Virus record (IMG/VR): IMGVR_UViG_2872174743_000006
Span: 1-52,691 of that record
From: a virus
Lineage: Duplodnaviria > Heunggongvirae > Uroviricota > Caudoviricetes
DNA: 52,691 nt
Reading direction: 5' to 3' (one strand)
Shown here: one piece after another, positions 39,600 to 50,120 of the stretch
Layout of the letters: every line of letters starts with the position of its first letter
Numbering within the stretch: position 1 is the first letter of the stretch
Program-made: the position numbers and the translations under genes
Notes under the pieces: generated by a model
Seen by the model: the letters and a program-made list of their open reading frames with translations, nothing else
Databases searched by the model: none
What the model was told of the DNA's origin: nothing

Positions 39600-40619
39600 T
39601 CAGGACAGCACACCTATCGCCAGCGCGCGATCGATAAAACGAAATATCAGCTCCAGTTGGGAACCATACTTCTCTTCAAATGCCACGGTATCCGCATGCA
39701 GTCCGTCATGGTGTTTTCTGCACAAAGGCAACACAAAAAGGTCATGCGCTTTTGTACCCATTCCACCCTGACCATGACCAATCAGGTGATGAGGATCGTC
39801 GGCTGGCTTACCACAACATGCACACGGCTGCGTCTTAACCCAGCGCGTGTACTTTTCATTAACCCAGCGACGACGTTTGGGGCGTAACATAAAAGACTCC
39901 GGCGACTCCGGATCCACTTTCAGCGCCAGCACCTTTTTCGCCTTATCCCGGATGATGCTGGTGGCAGGAACCGAAGGCACAAGGTCACTTTCCCGGGTGA
40001 CAGACGGCACAACAGGCTTCGGTAATCTCAGTGCCTTACGGGCTGCACTTTCCGGTAAGGCATCCGCCAGGTCATTACGAACCAGCCACCAGCACAGTTC
40101 CGGCATTGTCACAACGTGGCTGTCATCAAAACCGAGATCACGACGGACTACGGACAACACCCAGCGGGCACAGTTATCCGTTGCCATTGATTCCAGACGT
40201 TCCGTGAACTGATCGCGAAGCAGGTTATCGCAGTGCCAGCACAGACGGATTGCGCCCGGCGCGTGTCGCATTGTGGTCATGTTCTCGCTGTGCCATCCGG
40301 AATGAGGCCACTGGCAGCCTTTTTCACGAAGTAACCAGCTCTCAAGGCATTCCACGCCACCAGCACGACGGATCACCGCCTCATGGCGGAACACGGCCCG
40401 AACGGCAGGATCATCCGCCAGCGGTTGTGATGCTGCCGGAACGGCACCACTGGCAAAAGATGAATAACGTTCCGGCTCAGGCTCCAGCAGGACACGCCCC
40501 TGCATAAACAGGGGCATCAGCTCTGAACCGGGTCTGAACAAGACGATCCCCATACGCGGGGCAATTTCAGGGGTCAGCAGTGCTCTCACGGTCACCTCAG
40601 CAAACGATATTGAATGCAT
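39600..40619 (-). CDS. DUF968-family nin-region protein with C-terminal HNH-like Cys/His motif
   Basis: 339-aa ORF; C-terminus ...[39 protein letters not shown]. Confidence 0.5.
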   Translation of the reverse strand: MHSISFAEVTVRALLTPEIAPRMGIVLFRPGSELMPLFMQGRVLLEPEPERYSSFASGAVPAASQPLADDPAVRAVFRHEAVIRRAGGVECLESWLLREKGCQWPHSGWHSENMTTMRHAPGAIRLCWHCDNLLRDQFTERLESMATDNCARWVLSVVRRDLGFDDSHVVTMPELCWWLVRNDLADALPESAARKALRLPKPVVPSVTRESDLVPSVPATSIIRDKAKKVLALKVDPESPESFMLRPKRRRWVNEKYTRWVKTQPCACCGKPADDPHHLIGHGQGGMGTKAHDLFVLPLCRKHHDGLHADTVAFEEKYGSQLELIFRFIDRALAIGVLS

Positions 40620-40640
40620 ACAGAGAAAAAAACTCAGTCA

Positions 40641-40898
40641 TCACGCAGTAAACTCCTTCACCAGCGTTTCAAACTGGCTTACCTGTCCTTCCAGTTCCGC
40701 CACGCAATCCACCAGCTCATCCACCGCCTTTTGTGTGCGGTGTTTTGCCTGCAGCAGATCACGAAGCGCCGGAGTAAGCTGCTTGCGGAGCGTATCTTTT
40801 TTCACGCTCGTTTTTTCCATCTGTTCAGCACAACGAAGCATCTCCTGCGCCTGCCGACGAAGTTGTTCCGGTGAAACAGTGATTGTTCTGTTGTTCAA
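40641..40898 (-). CDS. hypothetical coiled-coil protein
   Basis: 85-aa ORF between the helicase and DUF968 genes; stop-start overlap with dnaB-like gene. Confidence 0.4.
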   Translation of the reverse strand: MNNRTITVSPEQLRRQAQEMLRCAEQMEKTSVKKDTLRKQLTPALRDLLQAKHRTQKAVDELVDCVAELEGQVSQFETLVKEFTA

Positions 40899-42295
40899 AA
40901 TAAACGCTCCGTTTTACTGCCCGACATGCGGTTATTGCTGTATCTGCGCGGATTGCCCGGCGTCATGGGTGTGGAAAGAACCCGGGCACTCTCCTGGTCC
41001 ACAGGCAGAAAATGTCCGTTATGAAAACGCCGGTAAATGGTCCCGAGTGTGCCATTACGCTGTTTCGTGATGTTGATTTCTGCTATGCCTCTGGCCTGTG
41101 TATCCGGGTTATACACCTCATCCCTGTAAAGCATCAGAATGATGTCGGCATCAGCCTCTATTTCCCCGGAGTTTTTCAGGTCTGAGTTCATGGGACGTTT
41201 ATTGGGTCTGGATTCCACGCCTCGGGAGAGCTGGCTCAGAGCAATCAGCGGGAAACCGCCGGATTTTGCCAGGCTTTTAAGTCCCTTTGAGATTTCCCCC
41301 ACAGCAAGGTCGTGACGCCCCGTGCTGCGGGTTTTAATCAGACCGAGGTAATCGACCACCACCAGCGCCGTTTCCGGATGCTTCATCCGGTGGTACCTCG
41401 TGGTTGCACATATCTCATCAATTGTTAGATTTGCCTGGTCCACCATCCAGATATTACGCCCCGTCATTCGTCCCACGCCCTGCGAGAAACGAGCCCAGTC
41501 TTCATCTTCAAAACGGGCAACAGACTTAAGACGGGATACCGGCATTCCACCGGCAGTAGACACCATACGTTCACCAATCTGGATGTTCGCCATCTCCATG
41601 GTGAACAGAAGCACGCCATGCCCCTGCTCAGTCACCTTGTCGATGATGTCCAGCGCCAGTTCGGTTTTCCCCATCGAAGGACGAGCCGCAATGAATACCA
41701 GGTCGCCTGGCTCCATCCCCCCTGTTTTTGCGTCCAGTTCATTAATACCAGTCATCAGTGTTCTGGATTTCTCCAGTCCCTGATTCCGGCATTCAACACG
41801 GCCCACCACTTCCGGAAGGACATCATCAATGTGAACCGGCTGAATGACGCCCTTTCCGGTCGACAGTGAGGCCATCATGTTCTGCGCATCCTTCAGGGCA
41901 TCCTCGGCTGCTTCACAGGTATACGCATCACGTAAATTCTGTAATGCTTCAGTCAGTGTTTTTTCTGCATCACGCAGTGCGGCATTGCGCCGCAACGCTG
42001 CGACATAGTGCTCCAGTGAAGACTTCACCCAGGTTTTGCGTCCGGTGTCGGTAATCACCGGGGCAAGTTCCGGCATCTCATTGCACAGCAGTACGGGGTC
42101 AATGACGCCGGATATGCGAGCCTGTCTGCAAATCCCCGCGTAAATATCCCGGTACTGACGCACAAAAAATACATCCGCCGGAAGTGTGGCCAGAATATCC
42201 ATCACTTCCGGATCGGCCCCACGCAGAAAAAACGCACCGATGACAGCGCCTTCCAGGTCATCGTTACGCCATGCCGGGGTGTTCTGGCTGGTCAT
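40895..42295 (-). CDS. DnaB-like replicative helicase
   Basis: 466-aa ORF with Walker A (ARPSMGKT) and RecA-like fold motifs. Confidence 0.85.
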   Translation of the reverse strand: MTSQNTPAWRNDDLEGAVIGAFFLRGADPEVMDILATLPADVFFVRQYRDIYAGICRQARISGVIDPVLLCNEMPELAPVITDTGRKTWVKSSLEHYVAALRRNAALRDAEKTLTEALQNLRDAYTCEAAEDALKDAQNMMASLSTGKGVIQPVHIDDVLPEVVGRVECRNQGLEKSRTLMTGINELDAKTGGMEPGDLVFIAARPSMGKTELALDIIDKVTEQGHGVLLFTMEMANIQIGERMVSTAGGMPVSRLKSVARFEDEDWARFSQGVGRMTGRNIWMVDQANLTIDEICATTRYHRMKHPETALVVVDYLGLIKTRSTGRHDLAVGEISKGLKSLAKSGGFPLIALSQLSRGVESRPNKRPMNSDLKNSGEIEADADIILMLYRDEVYNPDTQARGIAEINITKQRNGTLGTIYRRFHNGHFLPVDQESARVLSTPMTPGNPRRYSNNRMSGSKTERLF

Positions 42296-43200
42296 GCGGC
42301 AACACCTCCGATACGAGAACGGTAGCTGGGCCAGTTAAACGACAACCAGTTGCGCCCGCCATCGGTGATCCTGTCGGCAATCCGGGGACTGATGAACGCC
42401 CACAATTCTTCCGGTGAAAGGTTGCTGATCAGGATAGTTGGCAAAATACCCTCATACCGGGCATTGATAATTTCCTGCAAAATGGCCATTTCAGCCGCAC
42501 TGCCAAACTGAACGCCGACTTCGTCGACAATCAGCAAATCCAGTGACGCATAATGCTCAATGACGTCATCCGCTGTTTTTTCACTGTCATTCCGCCAGCA
42601 GTTTTTCACAGCCCGGGTAAGGCGCATCACGTCGGTGATCTCCACACTGGCCAGATAGTTACGGATGATGTGTTTTGCCATTGATACCGCCAGATGATTT
42701 TTCCCGGTACCGCAACTGCCGGTCATAACAAGACTGGTACCGTTCTCCAGCATATCTGGCCAGTTCTCCGCATAGCGGCGACAGGCCGCAAGATTTCTGG
42801 CTGCGTCAGGATTAACCTCCAGATAATTATCAAACTCGCAGTCCCGAAAACGCAGAGCAATTCCGGCGTTATCAGTCAGTTCTTCCGCCTTAAGGGACGA
42901 CAGTTCCATGGTCAAATCACTGGCCTCAGCGATCAAGCAGTCAGGGCAGCATGAAATTTTTTCTCTGTCCTCGCCATTACGATCGATCCACACCAGTATA
43001 TGCGTACGATATTTACCGTGTTTTTCGCAATATCCGCGACCTTCACGCATCAGGCAGGAACGATAAGGCCATGGCTTTTCGCCCTTCTGAGCAAATGCAA
43101 TCTCTGCCCGTAACTCATCCATTTCTGCCCGTAACTCATCCATTCGCGCCTGTAGTCTTGTTTGTTTCTCACGTTGGTCAATCGTCATCATCGCTGTCAC
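42292..43200 (-). CDS. DnaC/IstB-like helicase loader
   Basis: 302-aa ORF with Walker A (TGSCGTGKNHLA) and Walker B (LLIVDEVG). Confidence 0.8.
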   Translation of the reverse strand: MTAMMTIDQREKQTRLQARMDELRAEMDELRAEIAFAQKGEKPWPYRSCLMREGRGYCEKHGKYRTHILVWIDRNGEDREKISCCPDCLIAEASDLTMELSSLKAEELTDNAGIALRFRDCEFDNYLEVNPDAARNLAACRRYAENWPDMLENGTSLVMTGSCGTGKNHLAVSMAKHIIRNYLASVEITDVMRLTRAVKNCWRNDSEKTADDVIEHYASLDLLIVDEVGVQFGSAAEMAILQEIINARYEGILPTILISNLSPEELWAFISPRIADRITDGGRNWLSFNWPSYRSRIGGVAA

Positions 43201-43201
43201 C

Positions 43202-44026
43202 TCAGAATGTCAATTTGTTACTGGATTTACCGAATTTGTCAGACATGGCTCCCAGGCCAGCCAGGACATCGACCTGTCGCTGTCGCCCACCTCCGTGAGC
43301 GGCTGGCTGTTGCCAGTAATCTTCGAAGTGACGATCGGGTCCAAAGAACGTCGCAGCCTGCTTCACGAACTGTGTGCCGGTATTTCCTGTAGCACGTACC
43401 CAGGCGGCATACCGCTTCACGCCATCAAGCATGGTCTCCGGTTTTATTCCCTCCCTGATACGGGCTTTCCAGGCTTTGAAGGCTGCTGACTTGGAATTGC
43501 CACCAGCACGTTTGGGATATTCCTGCCAGGCCTGTTCAAATTCCGGTGAATATTCCTGTCTGGCAGAACGCGCTGGTGCAGACGCGTCAGCGGATGCGCC
43601 AATAGTTGATTCATTGACTGGTTCTTTGACTGGTTCAAAAGAGTGACTGGTTCTGGGTGAATCTCCTGCACTACCCCCTGGTGCAACTCCTACACCACCT
43701 GGTGAATTTGCTGCACTAGGTAGTGAATTATTTGCACTACCACCTGGTGAATCTTTTGCACCATCAAGACGAAGAAGATAAATATTGCTCGAGTTCCCTT
43801 TTTCACCTTTCCGGGAAACTTTTTTTACCAGTCCAGATTCACAAAGAGCCGTAATATAATTCATCACAGAACGTTTGCTAATCTCGCACTGATCAGCAAT
43901 ATGCTGATAGCTGGGCCAGCACTCGCCCTGATCGCTGGCATTATCAGCCAGCTTAATCAGAACCAGTTTTCGCAACGGATTTCCCACACGAATTTTCATC
44001 GCTTTCACCATCAGCTCCATGCTCAT
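43202..44026 (-). CDS. replication initiator (O-like) with internal origin
   Basis: 274-aa ORF with N-terminal winged-helix domain, Pro/Gly/Ser linker encoded by the iterons, conserved C-terminal domain. Confidence 0.7.
   Translation of the reverse strand: MSMELMVKAMKIRVGNPLRKLVLIKLADNASDQGECWPSYQHIADQCEISKRSVMNYITALCESGLVKKVSRKGEKGNSSNIYLLRLDGAKDSPGGSANNSLPSAANSPGGVGVAPGGSAGDSPRTSHSFEPVKEPVNESTIGASADASAPARSARQEYSPEFEQAWQEYPKRAGGNSKSAAFKAWKARIREGIKPETMLDGVKRYAAWVRATGNTGTQFVKQAATFFGPDRHFEDYWQQPAAHGGGRQRQVDVLAGLGAMSDKFGKSSNKLTF
43645..43765. repeat. replication origin iterons (about five ~22-bp direct repeats) inside the initiator gene
   Basis: Repeats on the consensus cctGGTGAAT-yyyy-TGCACTAcc, followed by an AT-rich stretch at about 43766-43835. 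Confidence 0.6.
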
Positions 44027-44247
44027 AACACACCTCCCAGGCGTTTAAACATTTTTCCAGACAGAAATACCGCCAGAGGGTAACTGATGGTGTAGCTACG
44101 CCCCTGTAGTTCGCACACGACTTTCTGGCTTTCAGCGTTGACTAGGCAAACCCGCAGAACGTGACCGTTGCTGGTGGCGAACCACTGCCCCACACGGGGG
44201 CAACGGTTGTATCGGTGATACAGGGAATTAACGATGTGGCGGATCAT
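44023..44247 (-). CDS. hypothetical protein
   Basis: 74-aa ORF with stop-start overlap to neighbours in the early-right operon. Confidence 0.35.
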   Translation of the reverse strand: MIRHIVNSLYHRYNRCPRVGQWFATSNGHVLRVCLVNAESQKVVCELQGRSYTISYPLAVFLSGKMFKRLGGVL

Positions 44248-44438
44248 GGACGCACCTCCGCCGTAGTTACGTATTTAACCGGGCTACCTTTCATTGAGAT
44301 GGTTTCACACATCTCTGCCGCTTTCAGTTCCGCTGTTTTTCTGGATTTATAGCGACGGTGCCAGACAGATACATCCGTGCGAACTGATACATCGTTTCTG
44401 TATTCCGTAGTGGAGATGATGATTTCGTAACTAATCAT
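44244..44438 (-). CDS. hypothetical protein
   Basis: 64-aa ORF with stop-start overlap to neighbours. Confidence 0.35.
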   Translation of the reverse strand: MISYEIIISTTEYRNDVSVRTDVSVWHRRYKSRKTAELKAAEMCETISMKGSPVKYVTTAEVRP

Positions 44439-44986
44439 GGGCGAACCTCCTTGTCAGAACCATTCAGCCTGGAATCAACAAGTGCAGCGCCAAAAACAGC
44501 ATCACCAACACGGTCGTACAGTTTGCTAGCCAGCGGAGATTCAATGGCCTTAAGCATTGGATAAAGCTGGCTTGTCCAGATTTGATGGATTTCACGCAAA
44601 TGCAGGTATACGCCTCTGGCGTTTCGTGCGACAGCTGACATATCAACCGCGTCAGCACCAGATAAATTCTTCTCCATCTGGTTAAAGGCGTTGATGTATG
44701 CCTCTTTGAACCGGGCTGCACGTTTGCCAGTAAAGCCCATAGCAAGGAACGCGAAGCCATCACGGGTGATTTGATAGCAAGGTAGTTTGCGGCCTGTGCA
44801 ATCGGTGTAATCACTCACCGAAAAATTGCGGGCAGTGAATGATGCGGAGCATTCAAGCGTGCGGATCTTTTTCAGTACATCGTCATGACGCTTGGAGAAG
44901 AAGTTGGCAACAGCCAGGGATGAAGTAACAGCCTGACCATCAACGATGGCAATTTCAGGTTGAGTGAGGGTTGGGATCGTAGCCAT
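44435..44986 (-). CDS. Rha-family phage regulatory protein (second copy)
   Basis: Start set at MATIPTLTQPEIAIVDGQAVTSSLAVANFFSKRHDDVLKKIRTL; the upstream 100 codons of ORF 44435-45286 are low-complexity and not used. Confidence 0.55.
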   Translation of the reverse strand: MATIPTLTQPEIAIVDGQAVTSSLAVANFFSKRHDDVLKKIRTLECSASFTARNFSVSDYTDCTGRKLPCYQITRDGFAFLAMGFTGKRAARFKEAYINAFNQMEKNLSGADAVDMSAVARNARGVYLHLREIHQIWTSQLYPMLKAIESPLASKLYDRVGDAVFGAALVDSRLNGSDKEVRP

Positions 44987-45370
44987 GATGGCAGCCTCCG
45001 TTGACTGTGGAAAACTTCCACCACCGGAGCTGCGAAACTCACTGGTGGCAGACTGAACAGGGTTCGCAGTACCGGCGTCAACGGAGACCGGCGAGCCTTT
45101 CGGCTCCCCTGCCCAGCCCACCATAATTCTGGCGTGCGTGAGCGCGGACGATAAAAAAGACGCTGGCGCGTCATATATCGCCGTTGACAATTCCGGGCTG
45201 CGACCCCCGGCACCCACTTTATAAGGTGCAGAGACAGTGTAACGTCCCGAAATTGCAGAATCAATATTTGGTCTTGAAATGATCATATAGCTGCTGATAT
45301 CTTTAGAACTGTTCTTGGATGTTTCGGAGCCGTTTTATGCGAAACAGCTCCCCGTTATTGATGTTGAGTG

Positions 45371-45395
45371 AGCCGGGTTACTCCCGGCTTTTTTT
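45371..45395 (+). terminator. rho-independent terminator on the plus strand
   Basis: AGCCGGG TTACT CCCGGCT followed by TTTTTT; the minus-strand version has no U-run. Confidence 0.5.
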
Positions 45396-46102
45396 CACCG
45401 CTGCCAACCAATAACCTGAAATAACCCCATTTTCGGGTGATACCAGCGAGTCCCTCGCGGTTCTGCTTCCTCCATAACCCGATAAAAAGCAGCCATAAAC
45501 GGTTCCACAGCAACAATTGCGCGACGTGACAACAATCCGTCCGGCGTCATGAACTCATGGGTGTCTGTAGGAATCTGATAGGCGTTCACCAGATTGCGGC
45601 ATTTATCATCTGACAAACCGGTTTTTGCTTTCAGTTGGCGATATCCGGCATAGCCCTCACGAATAGTGCCCTTTTTAATTTGCTCGACTGTTTCAGCAAC
45701 GTGGCTGACTTTTTCTTCCACCTGAGTGATCCGTTTCTGCTGACGAACTGCTTCAAGAGCCATCGCGGCAACCATTTCGATTTCGCTCATTGGCTTACGG
45801 ATCTGTTCTTCCAGTTCGCGCCAGCGATCTACCAGGCGAGCAGTGAATTCAGGACAGAGCTGTGCGACGACAATGATGCTGTCGCGCTTACCTTGTTCTC
45901 CTTCAAACAGGTAATGCTCATATTGAACTTTAAAACCTAAGTTATTGATTCTTTCGGAAACCTCAATTTGAGGAGACCGGACAACGCCACCTTTGGCTAA
46001 TGTTTCAATAGTGCGTTTCACATTGTCATGACGTTTACCCACCAGCTCTGCGATCTCAACGCTGGTCATGGATGCTTTGCCGTTAAAAATTGCGGTGTTC
46101 AT
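45395..46102 (-). CDS. Rha-family antirepressor-like protein
   Basis: 235-aa ORF; N-terminus ASMTSVEIAELVGKRHDNVKRTIETL matches the Rha domain. Confidence 0.6.
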   Translation of the reverse strand: MNTAIFNGKASMTSVEIAELVGKRHDNVKRTIETLAKGGVVRSPQIEVSERINNLGFKVQYEHYLFEGEQGKRDSIIVVAQLCPEFTARLVDRWRELEEQIRKPMSEIEMVAAMALEAVRQQKRITQVEEKVSHVAETVEQIKKGTIREGYAGYRQLKAKTGLSDDKCRNLVNAYQIPTDTHEFMTPDGLLSRRAIVAVEPFMAAFYRVMEEAEPRGTRWYHPKMGLFQVIGWQR

Positions 46103-46326
46103 TGTTGGTCTCCTGTGGGCTTGTCATCTTCTGTATTCGCTAGACTTGGGTGTGTATATGGAATGCTCGGATCCAGATGACAAAGAATGGCAACATCCTC
46201 CGGAACACCTCGCGTTTTCCACTTTCCAACACCTTGACTGCCACGAGGCCTTCCTTTCTTTGGGAACCTGCGACCAATAGCGGCATTGGTTTTAAATTGA
46301 ATTTTTAATATTTCATAAAGGGTCAT
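46099..46326 (-). CDS. hypothetical protein at the cro position
   Basis: 75-aa ORF divergent from cI by 112 bp, coupled to the Rha gene; no recognisable HTH. Confidence 0.3.
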   Translation of the reverse strand: MTLYEILKIQFKTNAAIGRRFPKKGRPRGSQGVGKWKTRGVPEDVAILCHLDPSIPYTHPSLANTEDDKPTGDQQ

Positions 46327-46437
46327 TCTTTAGTCTCACACCAGATACTTTGTTATCCAACGATGTTAACCGCAAGAATCCAAAGTATCAAGATATTCTG
46401 TTACTTTAGTATCAACAGCCATGAGAGGAGAAGAAAA
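46327..46437. promoter_or_regulatory. OR-like operator/promoter region
   Basis: Inverted motifs GATACTTTG (46344-46352) and CAAAGTATC (46381-46389) plus related TTACTTTAGTATCAA. Confidence 0.35.
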
Positions 46438-47094
46438 ATGAAGTCTTTAGGTGAACGTCTCATCAACGCACGGCAAAAAGCTGGGTTAACACAAGATGCG
46501 TTGGCTAAAAAAGCTGGGATCACCAGAGTTGCAATCAGTAAAGCCGAGCAAGGCCTTACAAAAAGTTTCAACGGTGACACCCTTTTTAAAGTTGCAGCTG
46601 CACTGCGGTGTTCACCGCAGTGGCTTCAGAACGGAGATGAAAAAGATAAGCATTGGGAAAATAATGTTAAGAGCTGCCCACAGAGAGACACAGCACACTC
46701 TTACCCTGTAATTAACTGGGTTCAGGCAGGATTATTCGCAACTTCTGGTGATGACTACAACATGTATGATCAGGATAATTGGAGGCATTCTGTAAAATAC
46801 GCTGGTGAGAGGGGGTTCTGGCTGGAAGTGCACGGTGACTCAATGACTTCGCCCGTAGGAATAACATTTCCTGAAGGAATGTCGATCCTTGTCAACCCAG
46901 ATAAAGAAGTTTTTTCAGGGTGTTACGTCATCGCCAGAAAAAAATCCACCAATGAAGCAACATTCAAAAAATATATTTCTGACATGGGAAAGGCGTTTCT
47001 AAAGCCCCTTAATCCACAATATCCAATCATAGAAATGGACAATGATTGCGAAATAGTAGGTGTTGTGGTTGATGCCAGGTGGGATATTTTCTGA
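46438..47094 (+). CDS. cI: CI-like repressor (HTH_XRE plus S24 LexA-like peptidase domain)
   Basis: Start set at MKSLGERLINARQKAGLTQDALAKKAGITRVAISKAEQG (GAGG RBS); C-terminal ...HGDSM... with downstream Lys. Confidence 0.8.
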   Translation: MKSLGERLINARQKAGLTQDALAKKAGITRVAISKAEQGLTKSFNGDTLFKVAAALRCSPQWLQNGDEKDKHWENNVKSCPQRDTAHSYPVINWVQAGLFATSGDDYNMYDQDNWRHSVKYAGERGFWLEVHGDSMTSPVGITFPEGMSILVNPDKEVFSGCYVIARKKSTNEATFKKYISDMGKAFLKPLNPQYPIIEMDNDCEIVGVVVDARWDIF

Positions 47095-47197
47095 CCAGAC
47101 ACAAAGCACAAAAAGAAAACAAAGTATCAAAAATCACTTGTCACACCTTGATACCTTAGTTACCATAAAACAAAGTTCGTAACTGAGGTATCATCTC
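47095..47197. promoter_or_regulatory. OL-like operator/promoter region
   Basis: Contains CAAAGTATCAA (47120-47130), also present in the OR-like region, plus inverted TTGATACC. Confidence 0.3.
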
Positions 47198-47442
47198 ATG
47201 TTCAATAAAGCTACAACTCTTGACTGTCTCGAAGAACTGAAAAACCTCGGCAGCCTCATTACACTAATAGCAAAAGCAACACCTGATGCTACGCTCTCTA
47301 GCGATATAGAGTCATGCGCAGGACTGGCATGGGATATGACAAATAGCATATCCAGAAAGCTATCGTCAGCAATGCTTTTACAGAACAAAAATTCTGCAAT
47401 CAACAACCGTCTTCGCACCCAACGCGAAGCCTGCGGCTTAAC
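47198..47442 (+). pseudogene. first early-left gene, truncated by IS911
   Basis: ORF MFNKATTLDCLEELKNLGSLITLIAKATPDATLSS... runs into the IS911 end at 47443. Confidence 0.4.
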
Positions 47443-47450
47443 TGAAGTGG

Positions 47451-48619
<1,169 letters not shown>

Positions 48620-48727
48620 TGGAGCACCTGTGTTGTTCTGAGGTGAGCATATCACCTCTGTTCAGGTGGCCAAATTCAGTGTGCCACTTCAGTGTTATGT
48701 TCAACCAGTTACTTAAACAGGTAAGAA

Positions 48728-49045
48728 ATGGCAACTGACTCACAACTAACCATAGAAACGGCCCTGAATGTCGGCCTGGCGCTCCTTGGTTATTTTTACA
48801 TCGTGTTCTGCAGCAGACGGTGGCTGTCGCTGTTGTTCCTGAAAAAATGGAATAAACGCCGTAAGCAGGATGAACGCCAGAAGGCAATGAATGCGTTTTC
48901 CGAAGCCTTCGGAATTGACGGCATGGAACCAGGGGATCCAGCTCGCGCAATCAGCAGAGGGGGTGTAGTAATCCTTGTATATCGGAGTGAAGAGAAAAAT
49001 GACGATCACAAAACAACGAGTAGAAAAAATCATATATCGCCATGA
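48728..49045 (+). CDS. hypothetical membrane protein
   Basis: 105-aa ORF with a hydrophobic segment (VGLALLGYFYIVF); first ORF after IS911. Confidence 0.4.
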   Translation: MATDSQLTIETALNVGLALLGYFYIVFCSRRWLSLLFLKKWNKRRKQDERQKAMNAFSEAFGIDGMEPGDPARAISRGGVVILVYRSEEKNDDHKTTSRKNHISP

Positions 49046-49313
49046 AATGGGACTGAACAGCGATGTCACTGCCGAAGAGGTTTATGACCTGGCTGTACTG
49101 GCGCTGAATTTATCAAATATCGCAAACCTGAAGCGATACGAGCTTGATATGGATGGTTGCGACTCGTGCGGTCAGGATTGTGGCGCAGATATGACTGAAG
49201 ATCCTGATGGTGATTATGTCCTGTTTGATGACGTGGTTAAGTTGTTTGAATTTGATACAACCACTCAAAAGTTAGAAATCCCGGCAAAGGAGGCTGCCAG
49301 TGAGCAAGATTGA
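48999..49313 (+). CDS. hypothetical acidic protein
   Basis: ORF 48975-49313, start trimmed to MTITKQRVEKII; overlaps the previous ORF so one of the two may be spurious. Confidence 0.3.
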   Translation: MTITKQRVEKIIYRHEMGLNSDVTAEEVYDLAVLALNLSNIANLKRYELDMDGCDSCGQDCGADMTEDPDGDYVLFDDVVKLFEFDTTTQKLEIPAKEAASEQD

Positions 49314-49845
49314 CTATCAGGCACTGCGTGAGGCGGCAGAGAAGGCTACGAAAGGTAAGTGGGCTGTTGAATTCGACGATGAGATTTACTCCACTGACGG
49401 CATAAACCATGAGCAAATAGCTATGGTGTTCAGTGAAAACGAATCTCGTGATGCTGAATTCATCGCCGCAGCCAATCCGGCTACCGTCTTGGCGCTTCTG
49501 GATGAACGGGAAAGAAACCAGCAATACATCAAACGCCGCGACCAGGAGAACGAGGATATTGCGCTTACGGTTGGGAAGCTGCGCGTTGAGCTTGAAGCAG
49601 CAAAATCAAAACTCAACGAGCAGCGCGAGTATTACGAGGGAGTTATCTCTGATGGGTGCAAGCGTATTGCTGAACTGGAAGCGCGGGAAGTTCAATTACC
49701 GACTCGCTACGACCTTCGATATGGACACCCGATAAATGCAGATGAGCGACAAGTCATGATACCTAAAGAAAATGGCAGTTGGCTTTACCTGATTGACCTA
49801 GAACACGCATTACGCGTCGCTGACATTCGTATCAAAGGAGAGTGA
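49300..49845 (+). CDS. Ead/Ea22-like early protein
   Basis: 181-aa ORF MSKIDYQALREAAEKATKGKW... with central coiled coil. Confidence 0.5.
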   Translation: MSKIDYQALREAAEKATKGKWAVEFDDEIYSTDGINHEQIAMVFSENESRDAEFIAAANPATVLALLDERERNQQYIKRRDQENEDIALTVGKLRVELEAAKSKLNEQREYYEGVISDGCKRIAELEAREVQLPTRYDLRYGHPINADERQVMIPKENGSWLYLIDLEHALRVADIRIKGE

Positions 49846-49846
49846 T

Positions 49847-50110
49847 ATGGCCACTTTAACAAAAAAAGAACGGGCATGGTTGAATGAATTACAGGACGTT
49901 CTTGATCGCTGTCCATTACCAAAAAAAATTGGTTTTTACACCATTGGCGATAAAACCATTTACCTGTATGACCTACGCCGCATGGATGAAATCATGGAGG
50001 CTCTTGATAATCGTTCGTCGATGGATTGGTGTGTTGCTGTCCATGATATGAATGCAGGGTTTGATGAAAAGATTTTGTTCCCCTCATCAGTTGAAAGCAC
50101 TGCGGGTTAA
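49847..50110 (+). CDS. hypothetical protein
   Basis: 87-aa ORF, tightly packed in the early-left operon. Confidence 0.4.
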   Translation: MATLTKKERAWLNELQDVLDRCPLPKKIGFYTIGDKTIYLYDLRRMDEIMEALDNRSSMDWCVAVHDMNAGFDEKILFPSSVESTAG

Positions 50111-50120
50111 GGAGTAACAC

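Noticed and set aside
44987-45286. N-terminal 100 codons of ORF 44435-45286
   Set aside because: Gly/Ser/Ala-rich with no family resemblance; the Rha domain begins at the internal Met, so the upstream part is treated as probably non-coding.
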